A DNA stretch of 64,000 bases, from positions 896,001-960,000 of the forward strand of contig CAVUWD010000016.1 of assembly GCA_963745025.1 (NCBI GenBank), in the 5' to 3' direction. The notes beneath the pieces were generated by a model. The model was not told the DNA's origin. It ran no database searches and worked only from the letters and a program-made list of their open reading frames with translations. The position numbers and the translations under genes were made by a program. Shown piece after piece: positions 1-10,054 of this stretch (positions are counted from its first letter, which is position 1; every line of letters starts with the position of its first letter). The DNA is from an uncultured delta proteobacterium (GTDB lineage: Bacteria; Desulfobacterota; Binatia; JACPRU01).

Positions 1-151
1 ACGCTCGACGCCGACGCCAACGCCGCGCACGGACCGCAGGATCTCCACCGCCGGCAGCCGCGTCTCGGCCTGGGTCATCCCGACCAACGAAGAACTGATG
101 ATCGCCCGGCACACGGGCGCGCTGCTCGGCATTGCCGGTCGCCGCGCTTGA
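1..151 (+). CDS. ackA: Acetate kinase, C-terminal end (truncated by window edge; one indel near 37)
   Basis: Translates ...ISTAGSRVSAWVIPTNEELMIARHT..., the AckA C-terminal IPTNEE motif; TGA at 149-151; directly upstream of pflB. Confidence 0.8.
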   Translation, partial: RSTPTPTPRTDRRISTAGSRVSAWVIPTNEELMIARHTGALLGIAGRRA

Positions 152-177
152 CGGCGCGTGCGCCAATGGAGTCTGAC

Positions 178-2458
178 ATGACCGCTGACCGCACCGAAGC
201 CGACTACGAAGAGCCATCCTGAAGTCGCCATGGGAAGGATTCAGCGGGGCCCTCTGGCAGAGGGAGATCAACGTCCGAGCCTTCATCCAGCTGAACTACA
301 CGCCCTACGAGGGGGACGAGACCTTCCTCGCGCCGGCGACCGCGCGGACGAAGCAGATCTGGGAGACGCTGACGAAGCTGTTCGTCGAGGAGCGCAAGAA
401 AGGCGTCCTCGACATCTCCCAGATCCCGAGCTCGATCACGGCGCACGCGCCCGGCTACATCGACAAGGACAACGAGATCATCGTCGGGCTCCAGACCGAG
501 GCGCCGCTCAAGCGCGCCATCATGCCGAACGGCGGGTTCCGCATGGTGCTCGAGCGCCCTCAAGGCCTACGGCTACGAGCCCGACCCGCACGTCGTGGAG
601 GCGTTCACCAAGTACCGAAAGACCCACAACGAGGGCGTCTTCGACGCCTACACCGCCGACATCCGCGCGGTGCCGGAGCTCGCACGTGCTCGACCGGGCT
701 GCCGGACGCCTACGGCCGCGGCCGGATCATCGGCGACTACCGGCGCGTGGCGCTCTACGGCGTGGACCGCCTGATCGAGCACAAGAAGCAGGAGAAGCTG
801 GCGCTCGATCCCGAGCCGTCCACCGAGGAGATCATCCGCGACCGCGAGGAACTGTCGGAGCAGATCCGGGCGCTCGAGGAACTGAAGAAGATGGCGGCGA
901 GCTACGGCTACGACATCTCGGGCCCGGCCCGCACCGCGCGCGAGGCGGTGCAGTGGCTCTACTTCGGCTACCTGGCCGCGGTGAAGGAGCAGAACGGCGC
1001 GGCGATGTCGCTCGGCCGCTGCTCGACCTTCCTCGACATCTACTTCGAGCGCGACCTCAAGGCGGGCCGGCTGACCGAGGAGCAGGCCCAGGAGATCATC
1101 GACGACTTCGTCATCAAGCTCCGGATCGTGCGCTTCCTCCGCACGCCGGAGTACGACGAGCTGTTCGCCGGCGATCCCACCTGGGTGACGGAGTCGATCG
1201 GCGGCATGGGGGACGACGGCCGCTCGCTGGTGACCAAGACCAGCTTCCGGATGCTGCAGACGCTCTACAACCTGGGGCCGGCGCCGGAGCCCAACCTGAC
1301 CATCTGGTATTCCGCGCGGCTGCCCGACGGCTTCCGGCGGTTCGCGGCGAAGGTGGCGATCGACACCAGCTCGCTCCAGTTCGAGAGCGACGAGATCATG
1401 CGGCGCACCTGGGGCGACGACGGCGCCGATCGCCTGCTGCGTGTCGCCGATGCTGGTCGGCAAGCAGATGCAGTTCTTCGGGGCGCGGGCCAACCTGGCC
1501 AAGTGCCTGCTCTACGCCATCAACGGCGGCCGCGACGAGATCAGCGGCAAGCAGGTCGGGCCGGCGTCGGAGCCGGTGCAGGGCGAGTACCTCGACTTCG
1601 ACGACGTGGCTACCCGGTTCGAGAAGATGATGGACTGGCTGGCGGGCGTCTACGTCAACGCCATGAACGTCATCCACTACATGCACGACAAGTACGCCTA
1701 CGAGCGGATCGAGATGGCGCTGCACGACTATGCGCCGCTCCGGACGATGGCGTTCGGCATGGCCGGCCTCTCGGTCGTGGCCGACAGCCTCTCGGCGATC
1801 AAGTACGCCAGGGTCAAGGTGATCCGCGACGAGACCGGGCTGGTGACGGACTACCAGACCGAGGGCGAGTTCCCGGTGTTCGGCAACAACGACAACCGGG
1901 TGGACCAGATCGCCGCCTGGGTGGTCAGCACCTTCATGAGCGAAGCTCCGGAAGCACCCGACCTACCGCAACGCCATGCACACCCAGTCGATCCTGACCA
2001 TCACCTCGAACGTGGTGTACGGAAAGGCGACCGGAAACACGCCGGACGGACGGCGCCAGGGCGAGCCGTTCGCGCCGGGCGCCAACCCGATGCACGGCCG
2101 GGACAGCCACGGGATCCACGCCGCCGCGGCCTCGGTGGCCAAGATCCCCTATCGCGACGCGGCGGACGGCATCTCGCTGACGACGACGCTGGTGCCGACG
2201 GGGCTCGGGCGGGTCGCCGAGGACCGGATCACCAACCTCACCGGCGATGCTGGACGCCTTCTTCAGCGCCACCGGCTATCACATGAACGTCAACGTCCTG
2301 AACCGGGAGACGCTGCTCGACGCGATGGACCATCCGGAGAAGTACCCGAGCCTGACGATCCGGGTCTCGGGCTACGCGGTGAACTTCGTGCGGCTCACCC
2401 GCGAGCAGCAGATGGACGTCATCAACCGCACCTTCCACGGAGAGAGCCAATGTCTGAG
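178..2458 (+). CDS. pflB: Pyruvate formate-lyase (glycyl radical enzyme), split over several frames by multiple indels; end approximate
   Basis: Motifs [47 protein letters not shown] (catalytic Cys-Cys) and [13 protein letters not shown] (glycyl radical loop); GGAG RBS before ATG at 178. Confidence 0.92.
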
Positions 2459-3287
2459 ACCCAGACCGTCCCGCTCGAGGCGAAGAGCCCGTTCGAGCTC
2501 CGGGTCCACCTCGGCGACGACGTGCCGGAGCAGAGCGTGCGCGAGGCGCTCGCAACCGGCGACATGGGATTCCTCCATTCCTTCACGACCGGCTCGACGG
2601 TGGACGGTCCGGGGGTGCGGGTGGTGGCGTGGACCACGGGCTGCATGTGGCGCTGCCGGTACTGCCACAACCCCGACACCTGGACGCTGACCAACGGCAT
2701 CCCCGTCTCGGTGGCGAGGGCGGCGGAGGAGCTCGGGAAGTATCGCCACGGCCTCAAGGTCATGTCGGGCGGCTTCACGCTGAGCGGCGGGGAGCCGCTG
2801 ATGCAGCACCGCTTCGCGGCCAAGCTACTGGCGGCCGCGAAGCAGATGGGGATCCACACCACGATCGAGACCAACGGCTACTACGGCGACCGGCTCAGCG
2901 ACGCCGAGCTCGACACCATCGACCTGGTGATGCTGGGGATCAAGACGTGGGACCCGGCGCGCCACAAGGCGCTCACCGGGATGGACGTCGCACCCCACGC
3001 TCGCGTTCGCGCGTCGGCTGGCGGCGCGCCGCCGGCCGATCTGGATCCGGTTCGTGCTGGTGCCGGGGCTGACCGACGATATGGAGGACCTGGCCAAGAC
3101 GGCGGAGTTCGCCGCCGGCCTCGGCAACGTCGAGCGGGTGGAGGTGCTGCCGTTCCACCAGATGGGCCGCTTCAAGTGGGAGCGGCTCGGCCTCGACTAC
3201 ACCCTGCGCGACGTCGAGCCCCCGACGGCGGAGGCGGCGGAGCGGGCCTGCGAGGTGTTCAGGGAGGCCGGCCTGAAGGCATCCTAG
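2450..3287 (+). CDS. pflA: Pyruvate formate-lyase activating enzyme (radical SAM); one frameshift near 2995
   Basis: [22 protein letters not shown] (CxxxCxxC), SGGEPLMQ and [10 protein letters not shown]; adjacent to pflB. Confidence 0.92.
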
Positions 3288-3393
3288 TCCTGTGCTCTCC
3301 AAGCGGTGAGCGCCATCCGGTTATGTAGTTTTCGGCCGCTTGTGCCGGCTAGCCTCCACCAGGCGAACGTCCGATCCCATCATTGGTAGATGG

Positions 3394-4239
3394 CTAAATG
3401 CGCGCCTGGTCCCCGGTCGGTGTCCGCACCGCCGGGCGTTGCTTGCGTGTCTTCGAGCGACGCTTCTCCTGCAGCTCGTGAGAGTAGAACTCGAGGGCTG
3501 TCTTCGTCTTGGTCTCCTGGACGCTACTGATCGTTACCCCGTGCTTGGTGACGTAGGCCCGCAACTGGGTTGCGACGTTGAAAGCATCTTCCGGCAAGCA
3601 CTTGGTCGAGATCTCGAGCAGGCGCGAACCGTCGGGATAAAGCCAGAACTCTGCCACGACTTTTCTGTTCATGCCCTTTGGCCAGAACACCATCTTCAGA
3701 GCGAAGATAGGGCCGAGCGTCGCAAGGGAATCTAGCCGGATCTTTCTTGGAGCGTGTTTCTCGTAGAACGCCCGTTGCTCCTTACTGAAGAGCTTGCGAA
3801 GTGGCATCGCTCTCGCGGCCACGTCGCGCACCTGATCGCCGCGTGCCTTGCCCTTCAGGGAGCCCGAACAAACGAAACCGCCCGGCAAGCAGTCTACCTC
3901 TACTTTGAAACTCCCCGACTTCCGGAGGTCATCCGGAAGCTCCGCGGGTACGACCGGCCGCAACTTGACGACGGTGTCCGCGCCGCCACCCGGGACGCGA
4001 CGAGCGCGCACCACCACACCAGCCTGGTTCAGCGCGAGATCGGGAGTGTCGAAAAAAAACACCTGCCTCGGCTCGGCTTCGACGGGATCGAGGGGAAGCG
4101 CGGCGATCGTGGCTCTGTGCTCTGTCGCCTGCACGGTGAGTTTGAGCTCCACACTGTCGGCGCCGTGGATCAGCGCCATGACCTGCAAGAGTTGCGCGTG
4201 CGTCAAGCGCGTTTCGTTGCTGGTTGGCGGCTTTCTCAT
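3394..4239 (-). CDS. CYTH / triphosphate tunnel metalloenzyme-like protein
   Basis: DSVELKL (ExExK-like), RQVFFFDTPDLAL, VVVRARR, VKLRP and LLEISTK; GAGGAG RBS before ATG at 4239. Confidence 0.65.
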   Translation of the reverse strand: MRKPPTSNETRLTHAQLLQVMALIHGADSVELKLTVQATEHRATIAALPLDPVEAEPRQVFFFDTPDLALNQAGVVVRARRVPGGGADTVVKLRPVVPAELPDDLRKSGSFKVEVDCLPGGFVCSGSLKGKARGDQVRDVAARAMPLRKLFSKEQRAFYEKHAPRKIRLDSLATLGPIFALKMVFWPKGMNRKVVAEFWLYPDGSRLLEISTKCLPEDAFNVATQLRAYVTKHGVTISSVQETKTKTALEFYSHELQEKRRSKTRKQRPAVRTPTGDQARI

Positions 4240-4289
4240 GTCAGACTCCTCGGTTTCAATCTTCGCCCCTTGACGCATACGCGAACCGT

Positions 4290-5783
4290 TCAAGGACCGA
4301 AGCGCTCCATGAGCAGGCCGTGACGGAGCCCGCGATCGCTGACGGTCAAGGACTCTGCGCCGAGCTTCTCCATGATGCTTCGGATGATACAAGCCCCAGC
4401 CAGAATGACCTCAGCCCGCTTGGGCTGAAGGCCGATAATGGAGCGGCGAGCGTCCGCGTCTCGCGAAGCGTAGAGGTCGATCTGTCGGTTGATCTCGTCC
4501 CGGCGAAGGAGGCTGCCTTGCACGACATCGGGATCGTAGGTTGCGAGGCCGTGCATCACCGCAGTGATGTTGGTCACGGCGCCGCCCATTCCTACCAGGG
4601 CGTGCGGCCTGGGGCGGCCGTCGAGCCTGCCGAGATCTGCCGCGAGGGTCGCCAAGACCTCGCGGATGACCTCGGGCGTCACGGCTTTCGCGAGCCCGAA
4701 GCGCTCCGTGTAGCGAACCGCGCCCACGTCGACGCTGAAGCGCTCGTCGACCTCGGTACCGCGACCGAAGGTGAACTGAGAACTCCCGCCGCCCGTGTCG
4801 AACACGACCACGGAGTCGGCCGCAAGCCCCAGCCAGGTCACCACGGCCAGGTAGGCGAGGCGGGCCTCTTCCTCGCCGGGGATGACCTCGACGGAGATGC
4901 CGGTGGCCTCGCGCATTGCGGCCAGGACCGCCTCGCGGTTACCAGCGATGCGCAGGCCTGCTGTGCCTACAGCGGCGATCGCCCTGACCCCATTCTTCTT
5001 CGCTTCGTCGACCATCGCCCGCACGGCAGCGGTTGTGCGGGACAGGGCGACGTTTGAAATCTCGCCGCTCTCTTCGAGGCCCTCGCCGAGACGGGTGACC
5101 TCGGCCCGGTCGGCCACGCTTCGCCACGATCCTTCCCTAACGCGCTGCGCGATGTGGAACTTGACCGAGTTCGTGCCGACGTCGATCACCGCGTAAAGTT
5201 CAGGTTCGGCGTGAATCAGCGCGCCCAGGCCGCGGCGGTAATTCATGTTGGTCCAGCCGCCGAGCCCCATCGCGCTCACCAGAGCAACGACGGCGTTCTG
5301 GTTCTCCGACTCGATGGCGAGGGTTCGCGTGGGCTTGCCGTCCGCTACCACGTCCGACAGTTCGACCATGCACCCGGCGAGCGAGTAACGAACCCTCCTC
5401 TTGTGCACGGATACTGCTCGCAGTGGCCCCCCGGCCCCGGCGAAGTCGCGGATGAAGTCTTCGACGCTCCAGGTTGGCCGTGAAAAGGCCGGCAGGGCGA
5501 GGCGAAGCGCCTCGAAGACCTGCGTCACGTCAGCCACGGACAGCGGGAAGCCCGCCTTCATCACAGGCTCCCAGCGTTCGAGACCGTAGACGTCGACCTC
5601 TCTCAGGAGTTTGATGTCCATCAAGTCGTTTCGCAGCTTGACGATGCCTCCGGCCTCGGAGAGGAAATAAATCTCGTCGCTCTCCTGGACTCCGGTGCTC
5701 TGCTGAGCAGCGAGCCATGCTTCGGCCGACTTCAAACGCGTACCGAAGGTCCGCCACTCCCACCGCGTCATGATCTCCGGCAT
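4290..5783 (-). CDS. Ppx/GppA family phosphatase with N-terminal CYTH-like domain
   Basis: C-terminal part has AVIDVGTNSVK, TRLGEG, EEEARLAY, DTGGGSSQ and SDRGLRHG; the N-terminal ~190 aa has a CYTH-like pattern (WEWRTF, DEIYF, KLR, VHKRRVRY, IESE). Confidence 0.85.
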   Translation of the reverse strand: MPEIMTRWEWRTFGTRLKSAEAWLAAQQSTGVQESDEIYFLSEAGGIVKLRNDLMDIKLLREVDVYGLERWEPVMKAGFPLSVADVTQVFEALRLALPAFSRPTWSVEDFIRDFAGAGGPLRAVSVHKRRVRYSLAGCMVELSDVVADGKPTRTLAIESENQNAVVALVSAMGLGGWTNMNYRRGLGALIHAEPELYAVIDVGTNSVKFHIAQRVREGSWRSVADRAEVTRLGEGLEESGEISNVALSRTTAAVRAMVDEAKKNGVRAIAAVGTAGLRIAGNREAVLAAMREATGISVEVIPGEEEARLAYLAVVTWLGLAADSVVVFDTGGGSSQFTFGRGTEVDERFSVDVGAVRYTERFGLAKAVTPEVIREVLATLAADLGRLDGRPRPHALVGMGGAVTNITAVMHGLATYDPDVVQGSLLRRDEINRQIDLYASRDADARRSIIGLQPKRAEVILAGACIIRSIMEKLGAESLTVSDRGLRHGLLMERFGP

Positions 5784-6146
5784 CGCCGCCTCCTGAAGAG
5801 TCGATGGCGAGTCAGGGCGATCGTGCTGTAAAGGCGCAACACGGTTAGCATCGTCTTCTCCTTCCTCTTAGAGATGTGCGCTCTAGATCTAGTCCTATTT
5901 GGCTGTCGCGTGTTCTGGTCGTGCACCTGCAGGAATGCGGTGCACAGACGGCGACGGCGGCTGCACCGTGGGCCGGCGCCACGGCTGCGCTCGAGGTAAC
6001 GTGCGGCGGTTGCTTCGTTGCCGACAGGCGACACATCAACCCGAATACGCCTGTATCACGGTAGTCCGCCAGGGCCCCAGTGCCAGTGGCCGTGCGGGGC
6101 GTCTTAAAGGCCGGTGGAGAACCACGCTCGACGATCTGATGCGGAG

Positions 6147-8534
6147 TCAGTGCGGGGGTGATGTAACCTCGACAACCCATTCCACGGCCTGATCCAGCGA
6201 CGCGCCCGGCGGCATAACGCCCGCCGAGCGGTCGAAGTCCCTCCAGGTGAGCGGCCCCCGAATCCCCCACGGCCGGAGCGTTAGGGTGCGGCCCACGGGA
6301 TCCACCGTCACGACGACGAAGCTCTGAAAGAACGGCGCGACGTTGTAGTCGAACATCGCCGACAGCCACTCGGGTGACGAAGGCCATGCGCCGAGATTGA
6401 GCGTCCAGAACCATGCCGGCCTCTTCCACCAGGGCGTGTTGACCTGGATCTTCTCGACGACGTCGTGCCGGCTTGGATAGTACGCCCACTGCGGGGTGAC
6501 GGGCTCGGCCGGCCAGGCCAGGGACGTGCCAAAGCTCAGGTAGGCCCCGCCCCCGCCGTTCACCCAATGATGGACGGTGACGGGGCCGGACGGACCATCC
6601 ACGGGCTCCAGATAGTATTCGAGGTCGTGCGTGTCGCCCGCCATCACGACCGGCACGCCGTATTCGCGAAGCACGTTGCGCACGACCATGAACCCTTCGT
6701 CGCCCTTGCCGACGTCCTGGCCGCCGGCAAGGAGCGGGTGCCCGAGGACGGCCATCACCATCTTCCCGCGCGACCTATCGAGTACCGCGCGAAGCCATTT
6801 CAGCTCCTCGTCGTCCACACGCCGCAGCACGCCCGTATCCACGGCGACGAGCGCGAACGCTGGCGTCTGCACCTGAAAGAAGGGCGCCTGCTGGAATCCA
6901 GTGGCCACGCCGTATTCGCGACGCAGGAAGGCCGCCTTCTCTATGAACTCCTCGATCCTCGCGTCCGTCGTGCTGGACAGTCCTTCGTCCGCCGCGATGC
7001 GGGCGCGCATGGCGGCCCGGGCGGCCTCGGGCCGGAAAAACGTAGCCACGAACCCCTCGAGAGCGTCGTACCAGTCGTGATTGCCTGGAATCGCGTAGAC
7101 GGGCTTCGAAACGCCCTTGAAGGGAAGCCAGAATCGAGACTCGTAGTCGCGCATCGCCCCTGTGGGGTACACCACGTCCGACGACAACAGCACGAAGCGC
7201 ACGTCGTCCACCGCCGCAGCGCGAATCAGCGAGTCGCGCAGCACGTCCTGGCTGGCATCACCTTCGCCCGTGTCGCCGATGACGATGAAGGAGAACGGCT
7301 TGGAGTCGGTTAGGCCTTCCGGGCTCACGGTGAAGCCCTTCGCGTCGAGCGTCGTCTGGCCGGCGTCCACCACGGCTCGCACCATCGCGGCGCGCCAGAC
7401 GTCCGTGCGCGCCGCTGCCCAAGAGTTCCAGATCCCGGCGGCCCAGTTCTCGGTGTCGAAATACCAGCTCATGCCCCAGATAGGGACCGAGGCGACGATG
7501 ACGGCGGCCATCGGCAGCCCGATCTGGAGACCCCGTCCAAAGGCGGAGCGCAGCGAATAGCGGGCCGAACGGAGCCGAATCGCGAAACGCATGCGCGATT
7601 CGAGCCAGGCACGGAGGGCGCGCTCGGCCCAGGCCGCTAGACCCGTTCGCGGCGGTGCGTCCAGCACGCGCTCCCACGCCCCGCGTTCGAGTCTGCGGGT
7701 CAGGCGGCGCCCGAGCAGGCGGAGCGGGACGATGATGAAGTACGCCAAGCCGAGCGCGACGACGACGTCACCGATCACGGCGACGAGGGGCGACAGGACA
7801 CCGAGGGCCGACTTGTCGAGGCCCATGCGGCTGACGTGAATCGTGAAGAGGACCGCCAAGAGCGCGGCGATCCACCCGCGATCCGCCGCGACGCGGCTCT
7901 CCTCGTTCGACTGAAGGCGGGCCCCGGTCTCGGTCAAGCGTTCGGGCCGCTCGATACCGATGTCGGCGATGACGCTCTCGTCCGCTTCGCGCTCGGAATG
8001 GACGGGTGCCGTCACGAGATTGGTCGTCGTTCCGACCAGCCGCAGGCCCGCGGCCAGCGCCACGACCCAGTCGACCGCAACCCGGCGGAGCAGCAGCACG
8101 CCGACCATGACCGCCAGGTTCCAGACTGCGGCCCATGCGGCGTGGAGGAACGACTGGCGCCTCGCCGCCTGGCGCAGGGCCACTCCCAACTGTCGGAGCC
8201 CGTCGACCGCGAACGGCACGGCGACGAAGATCGCCAGCGCGCTGACGACCAGCCCGGCGGCGTTCAAGAGCAGGAGCGCGAGCAGCAGTGTGTAGGCGCC
8301 CCCGACCCAGGCGCTGCGCTGCGCGACCGCCGTCCGCCTCCTGAATCCCTGAGTGATCTCGGCCGCTGCGCCGCCCAGAAGAAGCATGCCCGCCATGCGC
8401 GCCGGCTCCGCGGCCCAGATCGGCGTGAGGAGCGCAGCAACGGCTAGGAGCGTCGTGAAGGCGGCCAGTGCCCGCGTGCGCTCGCCAGTGGGTGCTCGGA
8501 GCGACTGAAACACTGTGGCCAGGCGTTGATTCAA
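6147..8534 (-). CDS. Membrane-anchored calcineurin-like metallophosphoesterase with multi-TM N-terminus
   Basis: GDTGEGD, SDVVYP, GNHDWYD and GDTHD motifs; about 8-9 hydrophobic segments in the N-terminal half. Confidence 0.8.
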   Translation of the reverse strand: MNQRLATVFQSLRAPTGERTRALAAFTTLLAVAALLTPIWAAEPARMAGMLLLGGAAAEITQGFRRRTAVAQRSAWVGGAYTLLLALLLLNAAGLVVSALAIFVAVPFAVDGLRQLGVALRQAARRQSFLHAAWAAVWNLAVMVGVLLLRRVAVDWVVALAAGLRLVGTTTNLVTAPVHSEREADESVIADIGIERPERLTETGARLQSNEESRVAADRGWIAALLAVLFTIHVSRMGLDKSALGVLSPLVAVIGDVVVALGLAYFIIVPLRLLGRRLTRRLERGAWERVLDAPPRTGLAAWAERALRAWLESRMRFAIRLRSARYSLRSAFGRGLQIGLPMAAVIVASVPIWGMSWYFDTENWAAGIWNSWAAARTDVWRAAMVRAVVDAGQTTLDAKGFTVSPEGLTDSKPFSFIVIGDTGEGDASQDVLRDSLIRAAAVDDVRFVLLSSDVVYPTGAMRDYESRFWLPFKGVSKPVYAIPGNHDWYDALEGFVATFFRPEAARAAMRARIAADEGLSSTTDARIEEFIEKAAFLRREYGVATGFQQAPFFQVQTPAFALVAVDTGVLRRVDDEELKWLRAVLDRSRGKMVMAVLGHPLLAGGQDVGKGDEGFMVVRNVLREYGVPVVMAGDTHDLEYYLEPVDGPSGPVTVHHWVNGGGGAYLSFGTSLAWPAEPVTPQWAYYPSRHDVVEKIQVNTPWWKRPAWFWTLNLGAWPSSPEWLSAMFDYNVAPFFQSFVVVTVDPVGRTLTLRPWGIRGPLTWRDFDRSAGVMPPGASLDQAVEWVVEVTSPPH

Positions 8535-8747
8535 TGCGTCAGAGAGGCTTTAAGAGCGATCATTTCGCGCCTGCGGTCAAGGACGGAATCCAGTACTGTT
8601 CAGGCGTGACCGGGACGTGGCCCGATCACGGCACCATTCACGCGAAGGCTCAAAAGGGGTCGGCTGCGCAGTCTGGGCGATCGGGCTGGGAGCATGCATC
8701 CGGACGCCTTGTCATTCTTCTTCGATCCGTGATCAAAAAAAACGTCT

Positions 8748-9017
8748 ATGAAAAAGCTCTTTGAGTTTGTCATGAGCACGCTCGTTAGGGGCATGCTCTT
8801 CGTGGTCCCGGTTTACCTCTCCATCTTGCTGCTGCTCAAGGCCATGAAATCGGTAGTGGCTCTTGTGCGGCCGCTTGCCATGTTGTTCCCGGAATGGTTC
8901 CCCGCTGAACGCCTTCTCTCTCTTCTCATCGTGTTAGTCGTTTGTTTTCTCGTCGAGGTGGTCCTCCATAGGCGCGGCACTAGGACGCCGGCACTGCCGG
9001 CTCTCCGGCCGCTTTGA
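8748..9017 (+). pseudogene. Truncated DUF502-like membrane protein (N-terminal two TM helices only)
   Basis: GMLFVVPVYLSILLLLKAMK...LLIVLVVCFLV resembles a DUF502 N-terminus; similarity ends after about 70 aa. Confidence 0.5.
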
Positions 9018-9308
9018 CGGATCTCGGCGTTTCTGGATCGCGCGATCATGCTGCGTCGAGCGTGGAGCTCTCCGCCGCGTCCGGATTCGTTCGCACAATT
9101 GGGCGAACACCCCGCGGGATTCCGAAGGGCGGGACGCCCGGCCGGGCGGATTCAACGGAGTTCCCCGCGGAGTTCCCCGCGCTTGACCACTGGCGGGAAA
9201 GCTGCTTAAGCATTGGTGCTTGACGAGTGGTCCACCGCTGTGCGACTCGGATCACGCGGTAGGCGCAACGATCTCCGGCCGACGGGGATCAGAAAGGAAG
9301 GAGAAACG

Positions 9309-9719
9309 ATGAGGGTACGATGGTTGATGGGGGTTCTTGGTTTCGCGTCCGTCGTCTTGATGGGCGTCGTGGGCACGGCCACAGCTAAAGATGCGTGGTT
9401 CGTGCTCAGCGAGCAGACGATCACGGACACCGATCCGAGCGTGAGGATCACTGCCGAAGAAGCAAAATGGATAAAGGAGGACGTCAAGGACGTGAAGATC
9501 TCTGTCGAGGGCGCTGACGTGGACATCAATAAGGTCATCCTCCACTGGAAGAATCGCCCAGACGAGACCATCTGGGCTGTCGGAACCGTGAAGGCGGGAG
9601 GACAAACGGCTGCGAAGTCCGCTCCCGGACACGAGGGGACCCTCGGGTCGGTGACGGTCAACTACAAAATCCTTGGTGGTGCAAAGACGGCCAAGATCAC
9701 AGTTTGGGGATACGACTGA
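9309..9719 (+). CDS. Secreted beta-rich protein (DUF2541/YaaI-like)
   Basis: AAGGAG RBS, signal peptide ending ATA-K, alternating beta pattern (VKISVEGADVDINKVILHW). Confidence 0.6.
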   Translation: MRVRWLMGVLGFASVVLMGVVGTATAKDAWFVLSEQTITDTDPSVRITAEEAKWIKEDVKDVKISVEGADVDINKVILHWKNRPDETIWAVGTVKAGGQTAAKSAPGHEGTLGSVTVNYKILGGAKTAKITVWGYD

Positions 9720-9839
9720 GCGTGGTGCGAACGCCACCGCCGAGCAGGTAGCCGCGATCAACGCGCCAACGGCGAAGAGATCACGGTTCGCTTTTGCTGG
9801 AGTCGAGCAGGACTGCGGTGTTCACGTCCCACGGGCACG

Positions 9840-9875
9840 GGTGGCGAGGCTTCGGCGGATCGAAGCCTCGCCACC
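9840..9875. repeat. Perfect 15-bp inverted repeat (REP-like hairpin)
   Basis: GGTGGCGAGGCTTCG-gcggat-CGAAGCCTCGCCACC. Confidence 0.75.
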
Positions 9876-10054
9876 TCGGCATGACCGGCTTCAGTATCGA
9901 GTCGATCGTGGTTCAATAATGCCAGCCGAGCGGGCCGAAGCGGAACACAGGCTGGACCACCTGTCGCAACCGGGGTAGTGACCATCCCCTCACGAGGTAT
10001 TGATGACGTCTCGACGTGCGCGGGCGCGCCACCCACCGCACGGAGGATCGTATC

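Noticed and set aside
9156-9195. GAGTTCCCCGCG twice, resembling the start of a type I-E CRISPR repeat
   Set aside because: It is a 12-bp tandem duplication; the 3' half of the repeat and any spacers are missing.
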